Shown here in pieces: positions 42,101 to 49,735 of a DNA stretch of 64,000 bases. The DNA is from Planctomycetota bacterium (GTDB lineage Bacteria; Planctomycetota; UBA1135; UBA2386): NCBI GenBank assembly GCA_965228735.1, contig OZ245838.1:2208001-2272000 (forward strand), given 5' to 3'. A program made the position numbers and the translations under genes. Numbering within the stretch: position 1 is the stretch's first letter; every line of letters starts with the position of its first letter. The notes beneath the pieces are model-generated. The model was not told the origin of the DNA and made no database searches. It saw only the letters and a program-made list of their open reading frames with translations.

Positions 42101-44188
42101 GCTCCGGAGCGCGCCCTCGACCACGCGGCCGCGCCGATCCACGAGCTGATACCCGCGCTTGCCGAGCTCGGGATCCGGCAAGGCCGTCCCGCTGAGGAGC
42201 AACGGTTCGGGGCCGGACTGCCGGCGCCCGAAACGCACGATGCGACGGCGTTCCCCGTGCCACTGCGGCGCTTGGACGAGCAGGTGGACCGGCGTGTCCC
42301 GCCCGTTCACCCGCAACGTGTAGGCGCCCGCGGGAAAGCCGACGGGCAGCGTCAGCTCGGCGTTCTGCGCGTCGACCACGCGGGCGTGGAACCCGTCCGG
42401 GGTCAGCTCCCCGAGGTCGAAGACCATGTCGGGATGCAGGTTCTCGCCACGGAGCTCGAGCTGCCAGTCGCGATGATTGCGAACGGTCGCCACCGAGAGG
42501 GCGTCGGCCTCGACCACGGGCTCGGGCCGGGACGCGAGCACCTCGACGGCGAGCGGCGTCGGCAGGAAGTTCGCGCGGATCTCGTAGTGACCCGGCACGG
42601 TGTCCTGCGGCAGCCGCAGCCGAACGAGCTCGCCGTCCTCGACATGAGCGCCCTTCTCCCCGAACGGGGTTGCGCTGCGCACGATCTCGCCGCCTTCGAC
42701 GCCGCCGTCCGCGACGCCACCGACGGCAGTCAGCTGCACGAGCTCCGCACTGTCGGTCGCGGGCGTTGGCCCCTGCGGCCCCGCCGGCGACAGCGTCCAG
42801 GCCACGTTGCGCGGCAGCGCGATCCCGCGCACCGTGATCTCGAGCGGGTCGCAACCGGCCCACGGCAGGTGCGCCGACGCGGGTTCGAGCTCGAGCCACT
42901 GCGTCGCGACGACCTCGAGCGTCGCCGTCGTGCGACGATTGTTGATCGATACCGAGTAGGTGCCGCCCGGCAACCCGCCCTCGACCTGCACGACGATCCG
43001 ACCCGAACTCGCCGACTCGACGTGCACGCCATCCGAGCGCTCGTTGAGCGTGACCCGAACGAGCTCGTCCGGCAGGTCCTGGCCGCGAATCTCGAGCGTC
43101 GAGTCTTCGAGACCGTGGATCCGGCTCGGCTGCAGGTCGACCGCGAACGTCGTGTAGTGCAGCAAACCTTCGCCGGCGGCGAACGCGTCGAACGGCTCGT
43201 AGCCGTGCTCGACGAGGTGCCGCAGGTACGAGGTGACCGTGCGATACAACTCGTCTGCCTTGCGCGCGATCGTCGCCGCGTCGGCGCGGTCCTCGCGCGG
43301 CCGCAGGCCTTCCTGGATCAGGTACTCGGTGCGGGCTCGCGCCGTGTAGAGGTGGTCCAGGATCTCGAGTTCCTTGCGCCGCAGCTCCTCGGCGTTGGCG
43401 CGCCAGCCCATCCTGCCGGCGCGCTCGTGCAGCTCACTCATGAGCCGCGTGGCCCGACTCGGCAGTTCCTCGGTGGAACACGACCGCTGCAGCAGGTCCT
43501 TCAGGAACGCGGCGAGACAGTAGACGTCACCGGCCGGATCGAGCGCTCCGAGATCCGGCACGTCCGCGCGGGTGAGGAACAACTCCGGGGGGTAGTACCC
43601 ACGCGCCACGTAGTCCGCCGGCACCGCGTCCGGACTGGCGAACGTGACGCCGGTGTTGAGCAGCTCGAAGCGGTACGGCGAGCTCGACTCCAGCCCGCCG
43701 TCCTGCGGCAACGCCACGACGCTCTTGGCGTTCCACTGGCCTTGGAGCACGCCGTGGCGGTGGAGGAACTCGCACGCTTGCCCCAGCTGCCACGTCAGCC
43801 CCACGAACTCGAACGTGTCGATCGCGTGCCCCGAGAGCAGCAGGTCCTCCAAGAGCTGGAAGGCGCCCGGCGACCACGCATACCGCACGATCCGCACCTC
43901 GCCGCCCTCAGCGCCGACCTCCAGATCCAGCATCGGCGGCAGCGCTCGCGGCGGGGCGAAGCGGTTCTGGTCGTTCGACAGCACCTCGTGCGCGCGGCTA
44001 CCGAGCGTGAAGGCGACGGCGAACCGCTCCGGATCCAGGTGCTGGATCAGCACCGGCAATCGCCCGCGTGGGTCCTTGGGCAGCACCCGTTCACTGCGTT
44101 CGAACCGACCGATACCGCGCATCAACTCGGGCACGGCTTCGGCCGGATGATCGGCCGCACGACCGACGCGACGCATCGACTCAGTCAC
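39179..44188 (-). CDS. Transmembrane pseudokinase with IPT/Ig-like repeats and a C-terminal helical/TPR-like region (1669 aa)
   Basis: GTG at 44188 with GGAGG 6 nt upstream. Kinase-fold remnants RGIGRF, PVLIQHL, QLGQACEFLHRHGVLQGQWNAKSVV, ELLNTG, GYYPPE, GDVYCLA. TM IVQLAAALVVLVGLVSGGLAV (~41865-41925). Repeated P......L.L.G.NL ... G.Y.V units. Confidence 0.8.
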   Translation of the reverse strand: MTESMRRVGRAADHPAEAVPELMRGIGRFERSERVLPKDPRGRLPVLIQHLDPERFAVAFTLGSRAHEVLSNDQNRFAPPRALPPMLDLEVGAEGGEVRIVRYAWSPGAFQLLEDLLLSGHAIDTFEFVGLTWQLGQACEFLHRHGVLQGQWNAKSVVALPQDGGLESSSPYRFELLNTGVTFASPDAVPADYVARGYYPPELFLTRADVPDLGALDPAGDVYCLAAFLKDLLQRSCSTEELPSRATRLMSELHERAGRMGWRANAEELRRKELEILDHLYTARARTEYLIQEGLRPREDRADAATIARKADELYRTVTSYLRHLVEHGYEPFDAFAAGEGLLHYTTFAVDLQPSRIHGLEDSTLEIRGQDLPDELVRVTLNERSDGVHVESASSGRIVVQVEGGLPGGTYSVSINNRRTTATLEVVATQWLELEPASAHLPWAGCDPLEITVRGIALPRNVAWTLSPAGPQGPTPATDSAELVQLTAVGGVADGGVEGGEIVRSATPFGEKGAHVEDGELVRLRLPQDTVPGHYEIRANFLPTPLAVEVLASRPEPVVEADALSVATVRNHRDWQLELRGENLHPDMVFDLGELTPDGFHARVVDAQNAELTLPVGFPAGAYTLRVNGRDTPVHLLVQAPQWHGERRRIVRFGRRQSGPEPLLLSGTALPDPELGKRGYQLVDRRGRVVEGALRSVEPVPDADRESASAADVDAESSRHRLLVAPVKARGRLRLTFGGMPTGITLGLRHPTPRIVQLAAALVVLVGLVSGGLAVREHYRPVLERIEDATVFASRPASVVLLGRNLQQVELLPTAPAGPVGEQPVAVIDVASTGAAGRYELPLPATLPVGDYRLRPLGRFGAGAAMAGLAVRSPGFGVRPVVAHRFVDTPFELTAAAGFPLDDLADVALVPLSGRAPIEVPLTDGRFVLRAGSLPAAAEGDYRVRVDGVFLDEGQSLRIVGPRLVEAIPESVVPGRGDRIELELAVAEATPMPWLGLIGESAASDAGPGAAAGAEPVVVALVPTGVPVAVEAAVATRSEPSPTESATAKSSPAEASAMGSARSASTGEPANVEFGAGLVTRGVYRAEVPAGHYRIALGMTAADAVPTAASLRVLPRPVVRTVEPALLEPGKPTRIVLRGTNLAAASALSLRPVGATVDADSPRSIEVDRALVTPVGGAPTESELAGAELLEEFACTVTLPSGRFELAVTDHAELGSVELAVYDDCRGHLAAYVDGSADSAALLDCLESGRPADGVRSAAADRLFDRGEFAAAAGLYADDPSMRARFRAAFLKRFLEGAPVPMLRADAFVDAPGYAAAAAALGWLTTGEVVPWPAEASSWEAAFVRAFVEADAAVAGQLLDRCEELRVAAAAPVTPAPFPPFADVRAGLVVRGLLAGVATNPATVGRRLRDEVIADSAVWDRITPAQRAAALFWSGHTAHFYDGDDELARAHLERAAGGEAEAASWAPAYLAALGADAAASEQRPVDAGSTAWPVRFASLLADFRVVREEPNYDLLAAPGELRGTGIAPATRARAARLQRQLELLEATEPVDAFAHYSLLYAVRAAQEITWPQDYDGTLAEAHRQKLAGLAIAPELEPLRSYHLIAGAVAPLTLAQIVVMDKDTLRDHLSTLREIGRQPLPAPLRERAAVLLKKLSLPSVVWGSAKRTNL

Positions 44189-44298
44189 GACACACCTCCG
44201 CATCGCATGGACTACTGGAACGGGAACGGAACGGGCGGACGTTCGAGTCGTGCATCAGTCGAACCCGGATGGCGGGGTCTCGTTGGGAAGCCGAGGCC

Positions 44299-44334
44299 GG
44301 AACGCGAGCGGCGCGAGGTCGCGCCGCCCGTTCC
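44299..44334. other. GC-rich hairpin ~110 nt upstream of the pseudokinase-operon start
   Basis: GGAACG (44299-44304) pairs with CGTTCC (44329-44334). GCGGCGCG (44308-44315) pairs with CGCGCCGC (44320-44327) around an AGGT loop. Confidence 0.45.
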
Positions 44335-45333
44335 AGCTGGCGATGGCTCGCAGCAGCCGCAGCCGCGTAGCGCGAAAGGGCGCGCAGCGTTGCACGCGAC
44401 GAAACGAATCGCGGGTCTGGTGGTCCGTCGCGGAAATTCGCATCGAGAGTCCGCGCCCCTGAACGCCACTCGCGGCGTTGCGCCTGCTCGGCATATCCAC
44501 CGACATTCCTGCGGCGGCGCGCCTTGCGAGCGACGCCCAGGAACACGGACTTCTGATCCGAACCTCGGCGACAGACCACTGGTGTCCCGCGATGAGGACA
44601 TCGTCGTCCTGTATCGAGTGCGCCGGCGTGGGCGCGCGGACTCGCACGGTTCTCGGCGCGCGGCATCGCGACAACGGGCGAGTTCGAGCGCGATCGTGGA
44701 CGCAGGTTCTGGTCCGCAATGGCCATCGCCCACCCCCCGTGCAAACCGCGGACCCAGCGTGTCGAAATGCATCGACGACCGCCGGCAGGAGCGCTGAATG
44801 CAACAGACGATGAGCGCATACCACTTCCGAACGCAACGGGTTGCGGCGACTGACACTTCACGGCGAGCTGAGCTGGACGCCGGAGCCGACAAGGAGCGGC
44901 GGCGACGCGCGCGCTGCCGCTGCGGATTCATTCCCGTGCGCTCTGCCGCGACGCAGACCGCATCAGGCAATCACGACCGGCGACAACATCGATCGCGCGC
45001 ACTCGACCGCGATCGACTTCCCGGCACGGCACGCGCAGTGCCGATCGAACTGGTGCGATCGCAGCGGCGAATGCGATCGGACGGGACCACGCCGCCGACC
45101 TGGCGCAGCGCTGTAGCGGGCGAACTCGGTCGGAGAAGCTGGGTCATGGCGGCCTCGCTTGAGGCTACTTCCTGCCACGAACCGGATAGTCCTCCCCGTC
45201 GAGCGGACAAGCCGAATCGCCCGATTCTCGCCCGAATTCAGCCGTTCACGCCCTACGCGTTCCCTGCACGTTTCGTGCCGGGCGAACCGATTCCGTCCGC
45301 CCGAGCAGCCCACGGAAACCGAGCCTGTTGCGT

Positions 45334-48300
45334 CTAGGAGTCGAACATCAGCGTTCCCGTCGTCGTCGTCATCACGTTCTCCACCGGGTCCATGATGACG
45401 AACTGGATGTCGAGCTCGAGACCCGGCGGCACGGCCGTCGCATCGAAGTCGAGGCGGCCCTCACCGCGACTGCCGAGGACCCCGACGAACGGCGATCCCC
45501 CACCGAACGAGTCGAGCAGGAGCGTCTTCGTGCCGACCTGGTTGACGCTGTGTCCGAGGTAGGCGCGCAGGCCCCACTGCTGGCCGGCTCGATCGGCACC
45601 GGCATCGAGCACGATCGTCATCGCGCCGCCCGGGCCGTCATTGACCCGCACGTCGACGTCACCCGCGGTGCTCGGCGTGAACGGTTGCAGGTTCGGCGAA
45701 CCCATCGAGCGGATCGGGAACGGGCGCCAGTCGTGACCGACATCGTGATCGAGCCCGTCGGCGTTGCGCGCGAGGCTCTGGGAGATGTCAGGCGCGAGCG
45801 CCGCCGTGCGGAAGTCGTCGGGATGCGACGGCAGACGCGGATCGTTGTGTTCCACCGGCGAGTTCGCTCGCGTCGCGCGGAGCAGGTCCACGAGTCGGCC
45901 GGCCGCGTCGTAGAGGCCGATACTGAACTCGGCCGCGCCGAGCGTCAGGTCGTTGCTGCGACGGTAGCTGACGCCGCTCGGCGTCTCCGCCGGCGGCTGG
46001 GCCGTGTTGCCGATGACGAGCAGCTCACCGGTCGTCAACACCTCGGTGTCGGGGAACGGCTGCAGGGTCTGGATCGGCGCGCCCTGCGCGGCCGAGTACC
46101 GCAAGGTCCAGCCCTGCAGGTTGACCGGCGACTGGTCGCGACTCAGCAACTCGACGTAGGTCGCGCCGCCACGAAACACCTCGTTGAGCTGCACCCTGGC
46201 GGTGGTGAACAGCGCCGCCCGAGTGTTGCGCGCCCCGGCCGACTGACTCTCGAGGCCGAGTGACCGGCCGTAGTCGGCGGTCCAGTCCGTCGCCGAGTTC
46301 GAGTCGAGTCCCCAGATGCGTTCGATTCGTCGCGACGTGAAGAACGGTCCGCTCTGGTGGTTGTGCACCGCGCCGCGGAACTTGCCGCCGAGGCTGCCTT
46401 CGTAGTAGCCACCTCCAACCGCAGCGGAGCGCACCTCGTCGATGACGTAGCCGTTGGGCGCCACGAGCCCGACGCAGAAGTCCGTCGCCGCCGTGGATGC
46501 GCCGGTCAGGACGGGGAACACCCGCACGGACAGCGGGATCTCGGCGAAGCCCTGCGTCGCGAGCTGCGTCCGCAGCACGATCGTCTCCTGCGGCTGGATC
46601 ACCACGCCCGCGAGCGCCATCGAGTTGCCTCCCGTATGACCGATCGGGAAGAGGTCACGCCACCGCACTCGCCAGTCCGTGAGGTCGATCGGCACGGGCG
46701 AGAAGTTGGTGAGCTCCACGGCACCGGGCACCGTCGGGGGAATCGCGGAGACCACCTCCGTGATCATCAACTTGTCGGCGACCGGGCCAACCGGGATCTT
46801 CGCGGACATGATCGAACCCGAGTCCGGGCACTGGCCGTCCGAGAACGGGCTGCCGATCAGCGCGTCCATAACGCCGTCCAGGTTCTTGTCCCCGATGTCG
46901 AGTCCAAAGCCGAAGCCATCACTCGACGGCGACCTTTGCGTGAACCACAGCAGCGTACCGTCGCGCCCCGACCGCAGTTCGATACGACCGGTCACGGCCG
47001 TGGTGCCGGGACCAGCGATGAGGAAGTCCGTTCCGCCATCGTCGTTCACGTCTCCCGCGCCAACAACTCGGAAACCGAAACGCCCGCCGAAGAACGTACC
47101 GCTCCACGTCGCAACGGGCTGCAGCCCGACGATCTGGCCGGTCAGGTACCGGAACACGCGCACGTAGCCGTTCCCGACGTGCCCGGCGTGCGAACCGTTC
47201 TCCGGCGCACCAACGGCAATGCTGCCGACCTTGCTGCCGTAGATGCTCGGAACGACCGCAACCGAGCGTCCGAAGTAGTCGTACGGCCCATCGCCCTGGG
47301 CACCGACCAGCGCGGTGCCGAACGACCCTTCGTAGATCGCCACGCGGCCGCAACGAGTTGCACTGGAGCTGCTGAACAACGGCGCCCCGACGGCGACTTC
47401 GGGCCGGCCGTCACCATTGAGGTCGAACCCGCCACTGACCGCATCACCGAACCGCTCGCCGGGTTGCAGACCCGGGATCCCGAAGAACACGCCCGCGGAT
47501 GCACCGGAGATCAGGTCGACGCGCCCCCGGTTCGACGCGTGATCGGGACTGCCGACCACGAGGTCCGGCGTGCCGTCGTTGTCGAGGTCACCGGCCGCAC
47601 CGACAGACGTCCCGAACCCCGGGCCCGAGCCGAAGCTGCCGCCATCGATGAAGTGCACGACCGCGCCCGTCATGCCGTCGAGAACATGCACCGCACCGTT
47701 GCCCTGCCCGGGCGCGCCGCTCGCGACCTCGGGGATCGAATCGCCGTTCAGGTCGCCGATCCGCGCCAACGCGTAGCCGATGTTGGCGTTGATCGTCGTT
47801 CCGCTGAACGTCCACAACGCCGAGCCGTCGGCCCCCGAACGGCAATACACCTGGCCCCGGCCGCCGTTGAATCCGGGCCGGCCGATCAGCGATTCCTCGT
47901 AGCCGTCACCGTCGATGTCCGGCAGGGCAACCACTGCATGACCGGTCCATTCGCTCGCCGAGTTGCACGGCGGCGCGGTCACGGTCGTGCTCACGACGTT
48001 GGAAGCACCGCCGGCGAGCACGTCGTTGAGCACCCGGAAGTTCAGCTGCCCGACGGGAAAGTTCGATCCCACGTCCATCGAACCGATGAGCTTGGTCTTG
48101 CTCGTCACCGTCGTCGGCATCGTCACCCATGCGCCGTTCTGCAGGTACTGCAGCTTGGAGCCCTGCGTGCCCTTGTAGGGCTCGAACGACCCGATGAAGA
48201 AACCGGTTCCCGTGACGTGCACGTCGATGGCGCCGGAGCCGGTGAATACCGTCGTCGGCACGTGACTCGTGATCGACGGCCCGGTCGGAATCCCGTACTT

Positions 48301-49059
48301 GGTCTGCAGACCCTGCACGTCGTAGTAGGACAGATAGGACAGGTTCCCGATCACGTTCTGGTACTGCTCGAACCCCGGCCGGCACCGGATCGTGTCGAGG
48401 TTGCCGACCCCGAACGACTTGCGGTGGTAGTGCATCACCGATTCGAAGTCGTACGGCCCGATGGGCTGCCCGTTGAACAACGAGAAGTTGCCGTTGCACG
48501 AGCCACCGCCGCAGCCGAACTGCTCGATGTTGTTCCACAAGATGCTGACGTACAGATCGCGGTCCGGACGCTGATGCTCGTGCTTGAACCCGAGCGCGTG
48601 GAGCAGTTCGTGAACGAGGATGAAGTGATCGTCCCAGTGCGAGGCGCCGACGTTCAGGATCTGGCCGAACTGCTGCATGCCGACCTGCGAGTTGCTCACG
48701 TTGCTCTGCGCCGGGTTCTCGCGAACCTGGATGTGCTGGACGCCGGACGTCCACGGCACGAAGCGGACGCCGCAGACCGCTTCGATCTCGGCGAACGCGA
48801 GTTTCATCGCGACCTGCTCGCCGTAGGACACCGTCGCCGAGTCGAACGTGTACGGCACGATGCCGCCCGTCCAGGTCGGCCCGTCCCAGTGCGAGTCGCC
48901 GAGCAGCGCGGTCCGCGGCACCCACATGTCGTCGAGCAGCACGTGGCCCGGCGGCGGGTAGACCGGCGTCCGCGGCTGGGCCTGGGCGGCGAGCGAGAGG
49001 GACAGGCCGCTGATGCCCGTCATGAGCATCGCGATCCACACGTGACGAACGGTTGCCAT
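45334..49059 (-). CDS. Secreted astacin-family (M12A) zinc metalloprotease with IPT-like, FG-GAP repeat and two lamin-tail-like domains
   Basis: ATG at 49059 plus signal. HELLHALGFKHEHQRPDRD astacin signature and YDFESVMHY Met-turn. FG-GAP repeats (GDLNGDSIPEVASGAP, GDLDNDGTPDLVVGSP, FDLNGDGRPEVAVGAP). LMITEV..VELTN..PIDLTDW and VQLNEV..YVEL..PVNLQGW (LTD-like). Confidence 0.9.
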   Translation of the reverse strand: MATVRHVWIAMLMTGISGLSLSLAAQAQPRTPVYPPPGHVLLDDMWVPRTALLGDSHWDGPTWTGGIVPYTFDSATVSYGEQVAMKLAFAEIEAVCGVRFVPWTSGVQHIQVRENPAQSNVSNSQVGMQQFGQILNVGASHWDDHFILVHELLHALGFKHEHQRPDRDLYVSILWNNIEQFGCGGGSCNGNFSLFNGQPIGPYDFESVMHYHRKSFGVGNLDTIRCRPGFEQYQNVIGNLSYLSYYDVQGLQTKYGIPTGPSITSHVPTTVFTGSGAIDVHVTGTGFFIGSFEPYKGTQGSKLQYLQNGAWVTMPTTVTSKTKLIGSMDVGSNFPVGQLNFRVLNDVLAGGASNVVSTTVTAPPCNSASEWTGHAVVALPDIDGDGYEESLIGRPGFNGGRGQVYCRSGADGSALWTFSGTTINANIGYALARIGDLNGDSIPEVASGAPGQGNGAVHVLDGMTGAVVHFIDGGSFGSGPGFGTSVGAAGDLDNDGTPDLVVGSPDHASNRGRVDLISGASAGVFFGIPGLQPGERFGDAVSGGFDLNGDGRPEVAVGAPLFSSSSATRCGRVAIYEGSFGTALVGAQGDGPYDYFGRSVAVVPSIYGSKVGSIAVGAPENGSHAGHVGNGYVRVFRYLTGQIVGLQPVATWSGTFFGGRFGFRVVGAGDVNDDGGTDFLIAGPGTTAVTGRIELRSGRDGTLLWFTQRSPSSDGFGFGLDIGDKNLDGVMDALIGSPFSDGQCPDSGSIMSAKIPVGPVADKLMITEVVSAIPPTVPGAVELTNFSPVPIDLTDWRVRWRDLFPIGHTGGNSMALAGVVIQPQETIVLRTQLATQGFAEIPLSVRVFPVLTGASTAATDFCVGLVAPNGYVIDEVRSAAVGGGYYEGSLGGKFRGAVHNHQSGPFFTSRRIERIWGLDSNSATDWTADYGRSLGLESQSAGARNTRAALFTTARVQLNEVFRGGATYVELLSRDQSPVNLQGWTLRYSAAQGAPIQTLQPFPDTEVLTTGELLVIGNTAQPPAETPSGVSYRRSNDLTLGAAEFSIGLYDAAGRLVDLLRATRANSPVEHNDPRLPSHPDDFRTAALAPDISQSLARNADGLDHDVGHDWRPFPIRSMGSPNLQPFTPSTAGDVDVRVNDGPGGAMTIVLDAGADRAGQQWGLRAYLGHSVNQVGTKTLLLDSFGGGSPFVGVLGSRGEGRLDFDATAVPPGLELDIQFVIMDPVENVMTTTTGTLMFDS

Positions 49060-49117
49060 ACCCACCCGTTCCCCAGCGGCTTGGCGCGCGACAAGAACGC
49101 GGCAGGAATCCGCCGAC

Positions 49118-49735
49118 TCAGCTGCCGTCGAGCTCGTCGAAGATCGAGCCGGGCAACCGGGCACGCAACTTGCCGACCGCGCGCTGATAGCGCCGCGCGA
49201 TCGCCGCGGCGGTCGAATCGAGCTGCACGGCGATCGCCGCCGGGCTCAGCTGCTCGATGCCACGCAGCAGGATGACCTCGCGATCGGCGTCGTCGAGGCC
49301 ATCGAGCGCTTCCCGGACGCGATCCCATCGTTCGCGACGGACCGCGGCGGTGATCACTCCGCTCGTCTCCGCCGGCAGCTCGTCGAGACGATCGAAGGCC
49401 GTCATCGCGCTGGCTCGGCCCGCCCCGCTGCGGGCGTGCGCGCGCGCGAGCGAGAGCACCTTGTTCACGATCGTCGTGCTGAGGAAGCGCAGCAGCACGG
49501 GCGTGTAGCGGCCCGAACGGCTCGGCAGCTCCGCGAGCCGCGGCAGGGCCACGAGCCACGCCTCGCTCACGAGGTCGTGCGGGTCGCAGCTGTTCCGCAA
49601 CAGCGGCCCGAGGCGATACGACGCGTGCGCGAGCAGGAGCGGCGACAACCTGGCCACGACCCAGTCGAGGCTCTCGCGATTGCCGGCGATCGCGCCGCGA
49701 ACGTGCATCGTCGTCAGGGTCTCGGCATCGGTCAC
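49118..49735 (-). CDS. ECF RNA polymerase sigma factor
   Basis: DPHDLVSEAWL (sigma2), LDGLDDADREVILLRGIEQLSPAAIAVQL..AIARRYQRAVGKL (sigma4). GTGA overlap with the kinase stop. Confidence 0.9.
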   Translation of the reverse strand: MTDAETLTTMHVRGAIAGNRESLDWVVARLSPLLLAHASYRLGPLLRNSCDPHDLVSEAWLVALPRLAELPSRSGRYTPVLLRFLSTTIVNKVLSLARAHARSGAGRASAMTAFDRLDELPAETSGVITAAVRRERWDRVREALDGLDDADREVILLRGIEQLSPAAIAVQLDSTAAAIARRYQRAVGKLRARLPGSIFDELDGS

